From Candidatus Latescibacterota bacterium (GTDB taxonomy: Bacteria; Latescibacterota; UBA2968), in assembly GCA_965208125.1 (NCBI GenBank), contig OZ242320.1, positions 3,862,482-3,926,481 of the forward strand: a stretch of DNA of 64,000 bases, written 5' to 3'. Positions within the stretch are counted from its first letter, which is position 1; the number at the start of each line of letters is the position of its first letter. Under the pieces are notes generated by a model. That model was not told the origin of the DNA, searched no databases, and saw only the letters and a list, made by a program, of their open reading frames with translations. Of the stretch, positions 25,455 to 35,784 are shown one piece after another. Made by a program: the position numbers and the translations under genes.

Positions 25455-27542
25455 ATGGCGTACCGGCTGGGCATTGACACTGGTGGAACATTCACAGATG
25501 CAACGCTCATCGATGAAGAAACTGGAGACATCCGCGTCGGCAAGGTGTCGTCCACACCGGGGGACCCTTCTCTCGGATTTATGGAAGCCACCCGTCGAAT
25601 TCTGGGCGAATCAGAAATTGAACCGAATGAAGTGGGCTATATCGTACACGGAACCACAGTGGTCACCAATGCAATTATCGAAGGCAAAACCGCTCGGACG
25701 GGTTTTATCACCACCGGTGGCTTCCGCGATCTGCTTGAAATCGCGCGCCAGATCCGTCCGTCGCTTTACGACCTGCAGTTTGAAAAGCCCCGGCCGCTGG
25801 TACCGCGCTACCTCTGCTTCGGTGTGCCGGAGCGTCTGGATGCAAGGGGAAAAATTCTCGAACCTCTCGATGAAAAGGCCGTTTCCGCCGCGGCGAGCCA
25901 ACTGCGCCGGGAGGCTGTGGAATCGATCGCGGTCTGCCTGCTTCACGCCTACACCAATCCCACCCACGAGCAGCGAGTCGAAGAGATCCTGAGGAGGGAC
26001 TTTCCCGAAGCGATGGTGTCGCTGTCTTCGGAAGTATCACCGGAATTCAGGGAGTATTTTCGGGCCAGCACCACCGTCATCAACGCCTGTATCCGGCCTA
26101 TTGCTGCGCGCTATTTGGAAAATATCCAGACTCGGTTGCGAGAAGAAGGGTTAACGGCGCAACTTTTGGTGATGCAAAGCAGTGGGGGAGTTCTGACCTT
26201 TGGAGCGGCAGCTAAAAAACCAGTTTTTCTCGTCGAATCAGGTCCCGCAGCCGGGGTGATCGCAGCTACCTATCTGGGCGATACACTGGGCCATCCCAAT
26301 GTGATCTCTTTTGACATGGGCGGAACAACGGCCAAAGCGGGCCTCGTACAGGATGGGCGGCCTCAGGTGACCATGGATTACGAGGTCGGGGCTACTGCTC
26401 AGGCGGGTGCTGGTGGGGCAAGAGGCGGGGGATATCCCATCCGCACGCCTGTCATTGATCTGGTGGAAATTGGCGCTGGTGGGGGGTCAATCGCCTGGGT
26501 AGATCCGGGTGGTGTGTTGCGGGTGGGACCACATAGCGCGGGAGCCGATCCCGGCCCGGTGTGCTACGGAAAGGGCGGCGAAGATCCCACGATCACCGAT
26601 GCCAACCTGGTGCTGGGGCGCCTCAACCCGGATTATTTTTTGGGCGGTGAGATCGCACTGGACGCGGAAGCCGCTCGAATGGCGATTCAGCAGAAATGCG
26701 CTGACCCGCTGGGATTGGATTCCGTAGAAGCCGCCTACGGGATTGTGGAAATCGCCAACGCGGCCATGGTCAACGCCCTCCGGCTGGTTTCTGTTCAGCG
26801 GGGATACGATCCGAGAGAATTCGTGTTGGTGGCCTTCGGCGGGGCAGGCCCGGTACATGCCTGCCGCCTGATGGCAGAAATGGAGATTCCGACTATCCTG
26901 ATTCCGATGAGTCCGGGAACCACTTCGGCGATGGGTCTGCTCGTGACAGATCTCAAGCACGACTATTCGACAACATTTATATGTCAGGTAGATAAGCTGG
27001 ATCTCAAAAAGGTGGCGACGGCATTCCGCAATATGGAACAACAGGGGAGAGCGATACTGGAGGAAGAAGGGGTGCAGGACAAGGACAAGGACTTCCTGCG
27101 CCAGGTAGATATGCGCTATGTAGGCCAGAGCTATGAATTGACCGTGCCGCTTTCCGAAACTGAATTCACACCAGCCGGGATTGAAGCCCTGCTGATCTAC
27201 TTTCATCGGGAACACGACCGGGCCTACGGATACAGCGCTCCTGAAGAACCTGCGGAATTTGTCAATCTCCGTCTTTCAGCAATCGGCCGAATCGCAAAAC
27301 CCCGACTCCGTAGCCTTGATTCAAATTCAGACGCTCCGGCTCTCAAAACCAGCCGCCCCGTTTACTTTGCCGAGCGCAATGGATTTGTGGATTGTCCGAT
27401 TTACGACCGCTATACCCTCGCCGCGGGGAATATTTTGGATGGCCCTGCGATCATTGAAGAAATAGATTCCACGAGCGTTATCCACCCCGGGTACCGGGGA
27501 ACCGTAGATACGTACGGGAACCTGATTTTGACCCGGGAATGA
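25455..27542 (+). CDS. hydantoinase A/oxoprolinase-family subunit (HyuA-1)
   Basis: 695 aa. YRLGIDTGGTFTD, GTTVVTNAIIE, SFDMGGTTAK and EIGAGGGSIA are the Hydant_A_N plus Hydantoinase_A (ASKHA-fold) motifs. Confidence 0.85.
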   Translation: MAYRLGIDTGGTFTDATLIDEETGDIRVGKVSSTPGDPSLGFMEATRRILGESEIEPNEVGYIVHGTTVVTNAIIEGKTARTGFITTGGFRDLLEIARQIRPSLYDLQFEKPRPLVPRYLCFGVPERLDARGKILEPLDEKAVSAAASQLRREAVESIAVCLLHAYTNPTHEQRVEEILRRDFPEAMVSLSSEVSPEFREYFRASTTVINACIRPIAARYLENIQTRLREEGLTAQLLVMQSSGGVLTFGAAAKKPVFLVESGPAAGVIAATYLGDTLGHPNVISFDMGGTTAKAGLVQDGRPQVTMDYEVGATAQAGAGGARGGGYPIRTPVIDLVEIGAGGGSIAWVDPGGVLRVGPHSAGADPGPVCYGKGGEDPTITDANLVLGRLNPDYFLGGEIALDAEAARMAIQQKCADPLGLDSVEAAYGIVEIANAAMVNALRLVSVQRGYDPREFVLVAFGGAGPVHACRLMAEMEIPTILIPMSPGTTSAMGLLVTDLKHDYSTTFICQVDKLDLKKVATAFRNMEQQGRAILEEEGVQDKDKDFLRQVDMRYVGQSYELTVPLSETEFTPAGIEALLIYFHREHDRAYGYSAPEEPAEFVNLRLSAIGRIAKPRLRSLDSNSDAPALKTSRPVYFAERNGFVDCPIYDRYTLAAGNILDGPAIIEEIDSTSVIHPGYRGTVDTYGNLILTRE

Positions 27543-27593
27543 CCCGGACGTCTCCGGATACAGAGCAGAGCGAGAATTCTGGAATACACTGAT

Positions 27594-29522
27594 ATGGCAG
27601 AGGAGCAAAGGATGCCTCATAGTGAAGCTGAATACGGAATCGTCCTGTCGAAAAACGTCATGGTCTCCATGCGGGACGGTACTCGTCTGGCCACAGATAT
27701 TTACCGTCCAGCACGCGATGGAGACCCACTGCCGGGGCCCTTTCCCACAATTCTGTGTCGCACCCCGTATGACAAATCCGATGCACGCTATGAGGAAATA
27801 GGAGACTTCTTTACGCCACATGGGTATGTGACCGTGCTCCAGGACCTGCGAGGCCGACACCGTTCCGAAGGTTTGGGTCAGTACTTCCACGTTGCCAACA
27901 TCAATGACGGCCTGGACGGCTATGACACGGTAGAATGGATCGCTGCCCAGCCCTGGTCAAACAAACGCGTGGGGGCTGTTGGCAGTTCTTTCGCGGCTCT
28001 GGTGCAGACACGAATGGCGTTTCACCGTCCGCCGCATCTCACCGCCATCTGGCCAGACGTAACACCCATCAACAGCTATCACCACCAGGCTCGGGAAGGC
28101 GGGGCTATGCAGATGCACATGTTCTGGGCGCTTTACCTCCATGCTCAGGACGCACAGGAAATCCAGAATGACCCTGAAGCGCAGGACGCTGTCTGGAACG
28201 ATCTCCGTGGGATTCGCGAGCTTCTCGTTTCAATGCCGTTTCAGCCCGGTCAAACTGCTCTATCCGCAGTTCCCAATCTCGAAAAAACGCTTTTTGACTA
28301 CTATCATCGGGGAGAATACGATAGTTTCTGGGAGCGGGAATACAACGATTTCGAGCGGAATTTCGAACGCCACGCAGACATTCCTGGCACCTATTCAAGC
28401 GGCTGGTACGACCCGTACGCGGTAGCCGTCACGGGCTATTTTGCCGCAATGGCCAAACAAAACTTTTCGCCGCAGCGACTGGTGATGGGCCCCTGGAATC
28501 ACGTGGGGATGAGAGGGGATTCTTCTTTCACGGGAGATGTAGATTTTGGATCTGACAGTGTTTGGGGTGTAAGCAGCTACTTCGAAGAACAACGCCGGTT
28601 TTTTGCCGCATGGCTAAGAGGCAAGTCTTCGGGAAAGGAAGACGACCCACCTGTGAGTATATTTGTGATGGGCGGAGGAACAGGTCGCAAAACAGACGAG
28701 GGAAAATACCATCACGGAGGAAGATGGCGTCGTGAGTGGGAGTGGCCGTTGGCCCGTACCCATACCCTCCAGTACCACTTTCATTCGCAAGGCCTGCTGA
28801 GTACAGATGAGCCGGATGAAGAAAGCTCTCCCTTGTCCTTCACCTACGACCCCGCCAATCCGATACCCACGATTGGAGGCAGTCTGTGCGGTATCATGGA
28901 ACTTCCGAAGGATGATGGAGACCTGGACCAGATGTGGAGCCGATTTCTCTCGCCGGTCACGCGACTGCGCAACATCGTCATTCCCGGGCCGGCCCATCAA
29001 AAGGAATCTGCCGACGTATTTGGCGCGAATCCCCCTTACCAGCTTTTGGCGGATCGACCGGATGTGCTGGTCTTTCAGACATCTCCTCTGGAGGAGGATC
29101 TGGAAGTAACCGGATCCGCCATCGTCACATTGTGGATTTCTTCCTCGGCTCCCGATACCGATTTCACCGCGAAGCTCATTGACCTTGCGCCAGCCAACGA
29201 TGACTATCCGGACGGATATGCAATGAACCTCGTGGATTCCGTGATTCGCACGCGGTATCGAAATAGCTGGGAACAGGAAGAACTCATGGAACCCGGTGAA
29301 GTCTATCGGGTTCAGATTCCTCTGCCCCCAACCAGTAATTTGTTTCAGGCCGGGCATCGGATTCGGATCGATATATCCAGCAGCAATTTCCCCCGCCTGG
29401 ACCTGAATCCCAATACGGGCGAGCCGATGGGAAGGCATACACACACGGTACCCGCACGCAACAAGGTATATATGGACAAGCAGCGCCCATCGGGCGTGCT
29501 TCTGCCGACGATCCCCGTCTGA
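27594..29522 (+). CDS. CocE/NonD-family (peptidase S15, Xaa-Pro dipeptidyl-peptidase-like) hydrolase
   Basis: 642 aa. MRDGTRLATDIYRP, RTPYDK, QDLRGR..SEG, WSNKRVGAVGSSF (nucleophile elbow) and a C-terminal beta-sandwich (…RIRIDISSSNFPR). Confidence 0.8.
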   Translation: MAEEQRMPHSEAEYGIVLSKNVMVSMRDGTRLATDIYRPARDGDPLPGPFPTILCRTPYDKSDARYEEIGDFFTPHGYVTVLQDLRGRHRSEGLGQYFHVANINDGLDGYDTVEWIAAQPWSNKRVGAVGSSFAALVQTRMAFHRPPHLTAIWPDVTPINSYHHQAREGGAMQMHMFWALYLHAQDAQEIQNDPEAQDAVWNDLRGIRELLVSMPFQPGQTALSAVPNLEKTLFDYYHRGEYDSFWEREYNDFERNFERHADIPGTYSSGWYDPYAVAVTGYFAAMAKQNFSPQRLVMGPWNHVGMRGDSSFTGDVDFGSDSVWGVSSYFEEQRRFFAAWLRGKSSGKEDDPPVSIFVMGGGTGRKTDEGKYHHGGRWRREWEWPLARTHTLQYHFHSQGLLSTDEPDEESSPLSFTYDPANPIPTIGGSLCGIMELPKDDGDLDQMWSRFLSPVTRLRNIVIPGPAHQKESADVFGANPPYQLLADRPDVLVFQTSPLEEDLEVTGSAIVTLWISSSAPDTDFTAKLIDLAPANDDYPDGYAMNLVDSVIRTRYRNSWEQEELMEPGEVYRVQIPLPPTSNLFQAGHRIRIDISSSNFPRLDLNPNTGEPMGRHTHTVPARNKVYMDKQRPSGVLLPTIPV

Positions 29523-29542
29523 GCATTCATTGGAGAGAACAC

Positions 29543-30844
29543 ATGGAAACTCGATTGCAGGCCGGATTTGCACGAACGGATATTACCCCAGATCTGGGAT
29601 GTCTGCTGCTGGGCTACCCGGCCCCAGACCGCAGAGCCGAATCCGTACGCGACCGACTCAACGCGAATGCGCTCTACCTGGAACAAAATAGCGTGAGAGC
29701 CGTCATCTTGAGCCTTGATGTGTGCATTGTAGATGATGTCGAAGTCGAGTCTATTCGCCAGGGAATCTATGATCGAACAGGCATCCCTTCGGATCATATC
29801 ACTGTCTGTGCTATCCAGACTCACAGTGGACCCTGCACCATTGATTGCTGGGGATGGAGCGAAAAGGACAAACCGTATATCGATAGGCTCGTCGAGAGAA
29901 GCATTGAAGCCGCCGTCACCGCTGCTCAATCACCCATACCTATAACTGTAGGCATCGGCACAACGCAGAGTGACGTGGGGGTCAACCGACGAGAGGTCCT
30001 TGAAAACCACGAAGTTGCCCTGGGTGTCAATCCCTGGGGGCCTTATGATCCCGATATGACCCTTTTGCGATTTGAAGGGAAGGATGGGCCACTTGTCTCA
30101 TTGATCCACTACGGCGCGCATCCAACCGTTTTCTCCAGTGCCAACAGGGCAGTGTCCCGCGATTGGCCAGGTGTCATGATCGACCGGGTGGAACACCTCA
30201 CGGGCGTCCCGACTTTCTTTGTCAATGGTGCCGTAGGTGACATCGCTCCCCGCACCAATAGTCTCCGCGCCGTCGGAGATGGCGAAATGGCGCTCATGGA
30301 AGTCGGAGGGCGAGCGGGTATGGATGCGATGCGTGCTTACCGGTCCATCAAGACGTTCCAAGACCTGCCGTTGTCCATCATTACCGGAGACATCATGATG
30401 CCTTACCGGTCGCTGCCGCCACTGGAAGAAGCAGAGCGGGAGTTTGCCTTGACTAAATCCGAAAAAGATGAGCCAGGGAAGGGCATGTGCGAGTACAAAC
30501 ACTGGGAAGCCGTTATCCATGCCCACAAAACCGAACCGTTACCTGGCACAACTTACCGGCAGGTGATCACTGCTCTCGGGCCGATTGCATTTGTCCCTTT
30601 TCCCGGCGAGCCATTCGCAGAAATCGTTCTTCGATTGCGCCAGTACAGTCCCTTTCAATATACGCTTTGCGCCAGTACTTCGTGTGGCAGCTATGGCTAT
30701 TTCGTCACGCGGGATTCGCTGCACCGCGGTGGGTACGAAGTCTGGGTGGCCAAAGCCTTCGGCGCGTACATTCTGGCTGAAAATATCGACGACGTCCTGG
30801 TCGAAGAAAATCTGGCTCTCCTGCACAATCTGCACGACCTGTAG
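29543..30844 (+). CDS. ceramidase-N-domain-like Zn amidohydrolase, paralog P2
   Basis: 433 aa. ARTDITPDLGCLLLGY, IQTHSGP, HYGAHPT and GAVGDIAP. Same subfamily as P1. Confidence 0.65.
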   Translation: METRLQAGFARTDITPDLGCLLLGYPAPDRRAESVRDRLNANALYLEQNSVRAVILSLDVCIVDDVEVESIRQGIYDRTGIPSDHITVCAIQTHSGPCTIDCWGWSEKDKPYIDRLVERSIEAAVTAAQSPIPITVGIGTTQSDVGVNRREVLENHEVALGVNPWGPYDPDMTLLRFEGKDGPLVSLIHYGAHPTVFSSANRAVSRDWPGVMIDRVEHLTGVPTFFVNGAVGDIAPRTNSLRAVGDGEMALMEVGGRAGMDAMRAYRSIKTFQDLPLSIITGDIMMPYRSLPPLEEAEREFALTKSEKDEPGKGMCEYKHWEAVIHAHKTEPLPGTTYRQVITALGPIAFVPFPGEPFAEIVLRLRQYSPFQYTLCASTSCGSYGYFVTRDSLHRGGYEVWVAKAFGAYILAENIDDVLVEENLALLHNLHDL

Positions 30845-30922
30845 GCCATCACGTTCAGGTTTCACCCATGGATATTCTCCAGGAGAATCAACTTCCGGGC
30901 TGTTGACTCTTCGCCTTAGAGG

Positions 30923-32479
30923 TCAACCCCTGCGTTCGGCGGCTGAGCCAAAGCCGCCGCCGCCGGCCTCGCGCATCGAAATCCGATCACCGGGTGACAG
31001 CTCGACACGCGATTTGGGGTCGACCAGTTGACCATTGACTTCGTACCGGCGAAGTGCCCCGTCGTCGCCGCCTTGTAGCCCCTTGGCTGCAAATTCGGTT
31101 CGCTGACCCATTAGGGCTATCTCGAGGAGATGGCCGGTGTCATTGCGAAAGACCACTTCCTGGCCGTCGCCGCCGCGCCACTTCCCGTCGCCGCCTGTGT
31201 CGGGTAGGATCTCACGCTTTTCGATGGTGATGGACGTGCGGTTTTCCCAGACCTCCGTGGGGACCACAGTCATGTTGGACGGCGCCGGTGTGACGGCGCG
31301 GCCATCCTGCCCCAGCATGGCACCGAGGCCGCCGGCGAGAAAGAAGAGTGAGGAGATTTCCTCGCCGTCACGGTGACGTCCCTGGACGCTGAAGACATTC
31401 ATCATGGCGGCGTCGGCCTGGACACGGTCCGGCAGGGCCGGCGCCATGGCACCCATCACGAGCGGGACAACGAAGTGACCCACCGAATGTCGCCCACCGG
31501 TCGCCCACGGCGGTTGTGCATTGAGGATGCAATGATCGGGTGCCGAGATATCGATCGGCCGTGCCGCGCCGGCATTGTTCGGCAGATTGGGGATCGTCAG
31601 ACACTTGATCACGTAGTTGGCCTGGGCGCGGGTGTAACAGAACGGCACGTTAATTGAGGCCCGCACAGGGCCTTCAGTGCCGGTGAAATCTATGGCGACA
31701 TGACTGCCGTTTACTCTGACGTTGGCGGCCAGTTGAATTGGCCGGCCCGGCCCCTCAATTGCAATGGCATTGGCATAAGAGCCGTCAGGGATCTCGGCGA
31801 TGCGTTCGCACATTGCGGCCTCGGCGTGATCGTTGATGGCGTCGGAGAGTGTTTCGATCTCATCGAGACCGTACTCGTCCATGAACTCCAGCAAGGCCCG
31901 CCCGCCGACTTCGTTACAAGCGATGTTCGCCATCAAATCGCCAACCGTCTGTTCCGGAACGCGGACGTTGGTGCGAACGATATCGAGGAGGAGTTCATTT
32001 AGCTGCCCACCGTCGCTTAGCTTGCACACGGGAAGGCGCAGGCCCTCGTGGTACACCTCCGTGCAGTCAGACGCCATGCCTTTGCCGCCGATATCCGGCA
32101 GATGCGTGACACTCATGGTGAACCCTGTCAGGCGATCGCCACGAAATACCGGACGCATGACATTGATGTCGAATAAGTGACCGGTGCCCATCCATGGATC
32201 GTTGGTGGCGATGACATCGCCGGGTTTCAACGTGTTGGCCGGAAACGCACGCAGCATGTGAGCGATGGTCTGTGGTGCCGTTCCGGTGAAGGACGGCACC
32301 GAGTAGCTGCCCTGCGCCACGAGGTGTGCCCTGGCGTCAAAGATCATACATGACAGGTCGTAGCCCTCTCGAACATTCATGGAGAACGATGTGCGGACGA
32401 GCGACAGGACGAGTTCGTCGGCAATCGAGACCAGGCGGTCCCATAAGATCTTGAGACTGACGGGATCGTACTGGGTCAT
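30923..32479 (-). CDS. hydantoinase B-family subunit (HyuB-2)
   Basis: 518 aa. DPVSLKILWDRL…, NDPWMGTGHLFDI, THLPDIGG and GGGGFG. The start overlaps the HyuA-2 stop (ATGA). Confidence 0.85.
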   Translation of the reverse strand: MTQYDPVSLKILWDRLVSIADELVLSLVRTSFSMNVREGYDLSCMIFDARAHLVAQGSYSVPSFTGTAPQTIAHMLRAFPANTLKPGDVIATNDPWMGTGHLFDINVMRPVFRGDRLTGFTMSVTHLPDIGGKGMASDCTEVYHEGLRLPVCKLSDGGQLNELLLDIVRTNVRVPEQTVGDLMANIACNEVGGRALLEFMDEYGLDEIETLSDAINDHAEAAMCERIAEIPDGSYANAIAIEGPGRPIQLAANVRVNGSHVAIDFTGTEGPVRASINVPFCYTRAQANYVIKCLTIPNLPNNAGAARPIDISAPDHCILNAQPPWATGGRHSVGHFVVPLVMGAMAPALPDRVQADAAMMNVFSVQGRHRDGEEISSLFFLAGGLGAMLGQDGRAVTPAPSNMTVVPTEVWENRTSITIEKREILPDTGGDGKWRGGDGQEVVFRNDTGHLLEIALMGQRTEFAAKGLQGGDDGALRRYEVNGQLVDPKSRVELSPGDRISMREAGGGGFGSAAERRG

Positions 32480-34560
32480 GACGTCTCTCCGGCCAATGTC
32501 GCAATCAAGTTGCCCATGTCATCAACTTCGATCGTGTCGCCAACGCTCAGGACGGTTGTTGCCTCATTCTCCTGGACGAGGGCAGGACCCGTTATGTGCT
32601 GCCCCTGGTCCAGGGCGTAACGATCGTAGATAGGACAATTGGCAAGTCCCGTTGCGTCGTCGCAGAAGATGCTGGCCTCACCAACCTGGTCTTGTGAGGT
32701 CAGAGCGCCGCTGAATGGGCGATAGCGATCTGCGAATTCCGGCTCAGGTCCGCTCGCCTCCACTTTCCAATTGACGATCTCAATTCCGGTATCGATTGGC
32801 GTGGCGGCAAAAATCTTGGCATAGGTTTCGCAAAAGAGATCGGCAATGCCATTGCGGTCAATGCCCGGCGGAAGCGGCACTTCAACCTCGTGGCCCTGGC
32901 CGCAATACCGCATGTCAAGCCGCCTGTCAATTTGAATCTGCGCGTCGTCAATGCCGGCCTCTGCAAGGAGGCAACGTGCCTGGCGTTCAACCAGATTGAA
33001 TCCGGCGTCGAGGCCATCTGCATCCAATTCTTCGAGATTGACCCGCCCAGAGCGCAAGGTTGCATAGGAGATCGGAGTCATCAAGAGTCCAATCGCCGAC
33101 ATCACGCCAGCACCGACGGGGAAAACCACCTTTGGGATTCGCAGCTTTCGAGCAATACGAATAGCGTGTGCCGGACCGGATCCGCCAAACGCGATCATTG
33201 TGCAGCGGCGGTAGTCGAAGCCGATTTCCGCAGCATGGGTGCGGAATGCCCGCGCGACGTCCTCGTTGATGACCTCATGAACACCCCAGGCAGCTCGGAT
33301 CGTGTCGACCCGAAGTGGTTCGGCGACATTCCGGTCAATTGCATGATGTGCGGCTTCGCTGTCCAGGATCATATTCCGACCAAGAAATGCCTCTGGAACC
33401 AGATAGCCGAGGGTCAGGTTGGCATCCGTCAACGTTGCGTTGTCGCCGCCCTGGCTATAACAGGCTGGTCCGGGCTCAGCGCCGGCGCTCTTGGGTCCAA
33501 CGGCCAAAAGATTGCGTTCGTCGACATTGGCGATTGACCCACCACCGGCACCGATCTCAATCATGTCGATCACTGGGATACGGAGTGGGAGACCGCTGCC
33601 TTGCTTGAAGTCATGCTCTCGCGCCACTTCGAACTCGTAGCGGCGCAGGGGGCGGCCATTGCGGATTAGGGCGCCCTTTGCCGTCGTCCCGCCCATGTCA
33701 AATGCCAGTAGATTGGGTTCGCCAATTCGCTGTCCCAAATTGGCCGCCATGAGGGCACCGGCGGCCGGCCCCGACTCGATAAGCCGCACCGGATAGCGCC
33801 GCGCGATTTCAGGCGTGACCATGCCGCCAGATGATGTCATCACCAGAAAACGACCATCAAATCCCATGGTGGACAGTCCGGTCTCCAGGCGTTCGAGATA
33901 GCGATCGGTCAGCGGGCGCACATACGCGTTGATCGTGGTTGTCGACCAGCGTTCATATTCCCGCATGAAGGGCAGTACGTCGGACGAGGTGCTAACATGC
34001 AGGTCGGGAAATGCCTTCGCGACAGTATCTCGGGCCTGGTTTTCGTGATCCGGATTGGCATAGGCATGCAAGAAACAGATGGCCAGAGCCTCTATCCCAT
34101 GCGCAGAAACCAGGTGTGCGACGGCCGCCTGGACCTCTTTTTTATTCAAGGGTGTCTCAACCTGCCCATCAAATAGGATGCGTTCCGAAAGCTCGGCTCG
34201 CAGATCCCGTGGGACGACTGGCTCTGCAAAACCCAGTCGCAGGTCGAACAAATCGTAGCGACGCTCCATGGCGATATCCAGGACATCGCGGAAACCCCTG
34301 GTGACCAACATGCCAGTCGTCGCGCCGCGGCGTTCGATGACGGCATTCGTGACGAGCGTCGTGCCGTGTGACAGGACGGTGACGTCGGAGATATCGACGC
34401 CGGTTCGGCTGAGTAGTGCTGCAATTCCGGTCAGAACGCTGAGCGATGGATCGGACGGTGTGGTCAATTGCTTGTGTGTTGAGAGTTCGCCGGAGTCGTT
34501 ATCGACCAGTGCGAAATCGGTAAAGGTGCCGCCGATATCGACGCCAAGCCTATGGGCCAT
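32476..34560 (-). CDS. hydantoinase A-family subunit (HyuA-2)
   Basis: MAHRLGVDIGGTFTD, GTTLVTNAVIE, AFDMGGTTAK and EIGAGGGSIA. I prefer the ATG at 34560 (GGAG upstream) over the listed 34572. Confidence 0.85.
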   Translation of the reverse strand: MAHRLGVDIGGTFTDFALVDNDSGELSTHKQLTTPSDPSLSVLTGIAALLSRTGVDISDVTVLSHGTTLVTNAVIERRGATTGMLVTRGFRDVLDIAMERRYDLFDLRLGFAEPVVPRDLRAELSERILFDGQVETPLNKKEVQAAVAHLVSAHGIEALAICFLHAYANPDHENQARDTVAKAFPDLHVSTSSDVLPFMREYERWSTTTINAYVRPLTDRYLERLETGLSTMGFDGRFLVMTSSGGMVTPEIARRYPVRLIESGPAAGALMAANLGQRIGEPNLLAFDMGGTTAKGALIRNGRPLRRYEFEVAREHDFKQGSGLPLRIPVIDMIEIGAGGGSIANVDERNLLAVGPKSAGAEPGPACYSQGGDNATLTDANLTLGYLVPEAFLGRNMILDSEAAHHAIDRNVAEPLRVDTIRAAWGVHEVINEDVARAFRTHAAEIGFDYRRCTMIAFGGSGPAHAIRIARKLRIPKVVFPVGAGVMSAIGLLMTPISYATLRSGRVNLEELDADGLDAGFNLVERQARCLLAEAGIDDAQIQIDRRLDMRYCGQGHEVEVPLPPGIDRNGIADLFCETYAKIFAATPIDTGIEIVNWKVEASGPEPEFADRYRPFSGALTSQDQVGEASIFCDDATGLANCPIYDRYALDQGQHITGPALVQENEATTVLSVGDTIEVDDMGNLIATLAGETS

Positions 34561-35626
34561 GGGATGCTCCACTGAGAACTGAGTGAAACGCCTTCAGTGT
34601 GATCTCAACGGCGTTCTCAGTGATTTCGTGATGGGTCACAAGACGCACGTCATCGCCGAACGGCAAAACCAGCACGCCCTCACGTTCAAGCGCGGCGGCA
34701 AGGGTTTCGGGGCGCATTGTGTTTGGACGTGCGAGCACGATGTTCGACTCCACCTGGGACTTGTCAATACTAAGCGTTGGCTGGGAAGACAGATCATTTG
34801 CCAGTTGTCGCGCAGTGGTGTGATCTATGTGCAGTCGTTCGATCATCGTCTCGATCGCAACGATACCTGCCGCGGCAACAATGCCGGCCGGTCGCCAACC
34901 GCCGCCGAACATTTGTCTGATGCGCATCGCCTCGGCGATGAACCCATCGGGTCCGGCAAGGATCGCGCCGAGTGGCGCACCAAGTCCTTTGTTGAGATTG
35001 AAGGAAACGGTATCGCATGTCATGGCGATGTCACGCGCCGGGATTCCTGAGGCGACGGCTGCATTGAAGATCCGCGCGCCGTCAAGGTGCACCGGTACCT
35101 CCTGACTGCTGGCGATGTCGTAAATAGCTGTCATGTGTGCCGTGGGCACGACACGACCTCCAGAACGCACGTGCGTGTTTTCCTGGGCGACTGCGGCGGG
35201 GCGCGGGTGCTGTGCATCGCTGTGTCGGAGGGAATCACGCAAAGCGTCGAGGTCAAGCGCACCGGCCTGGGCCGGGATCATCTTCGGCATGGCACCGGAC
35301 AGCGCGGCGGTGGCGGCCGACTCCGACGTCACAACGTGGGCGTCAGCTTCCGTTACGAACAACTCACCGGGCCTGCAATGAATATGTAGCGCAATTTGGT
35401 TGGCCATCGTGCAAGTCGGCACAAAAAGAGCGTCGTCCTTTCCGATGACCTCCGCCGCGCGATTTTCGAGGTCGGCAACGATCGTGTCTTCGCGCAGCCC
35501 GAAGCCGCAGGGTTGCCTCGCAGCACGCAGCATCGCTTCAACCATGGCCGGAGTTGGTCGGGCAACAAAGTCCGATCTGAGATCGACTATCTGAGCTGCA
35601 CCGCCGTCAGTAATGTTCTGGCACAT
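34550..35626 (-). CDS. threonine-aldolase-family PLP enzyme (Beta_elim_lyase fold)
   Basis: 358 aa. DLRSD..ARPT, TCTMANQIAL, ENTHVRSGGRV, HLDGARIFNA, SFNLNKGLGAP (PLP Lys) and GGGWRPAG are collinear with low-specificity L-threonine aldolases. Confidence 0.75.
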   Translation of the reverse strand: MCQNITDGGAAQIVDLRSDFVARPTPAMVEAMLRAARQPCGFGLREDTIVADLENRAAEVIGKDDALFVPTCTMANQIALHIHCRPGELFVTEADAHVVTSESAATAALSGAMPKMIPAQAGALDLDALRDSLRHSDAQHPRPAAVAQENTHVRSGGRVVPTAHMTAIYDIASSQEVPVHLDGARIFNAAVASGIPARDIAMTCDTVSFNLNKGLGAPLGAILAGPDGFIAEAMRIRQMFGGGWRPAGIVAAAGIVAIETMIERLHIDHTTARQLANDLSSQPTLSIDKSQVESNIVLARPNTMRPETLAAALEREGVLVLPFGDDVRLVTHHEITENAVEITLKAFHSVLSGASHGP

Positions 35627-35784
35627 TATGTTCCTATCACCACCTGATGGCCATGGGCGTCAGCAGCTATGGTCTTTCCTCCCTGCAACTTCGCTGCTTT
35701 CTCCGTCTCTCACCAGGTTTCATAGTTCTCTGCAGGGCATCGTGACACCCAGAGAAGGCTCGAATTCTGGAATTTTCCACCTCA

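Noticed and set aside
30874-30888. Palindrome ATTCTCC-A-GGAGAAT in the convergent gap between the two large arrays
   Set aside because: It is short (7-nt arms) and has no T-tract, so it is not a convincing terminator. There are no other copies that would support an operator role. It could be chance.
35627-35784. 158-nt untranslated spacer inside the minus-strand array, checked for a riboswitch or sigma-54 promoter, and the 94-aa plus-strand ORF 35613..35897
   Set aside because: I found no conserved riboswitch-like motif and no TGGCAC-N5-TTGC. The plus-strand ORF is antisense to the array and has no supporting features.
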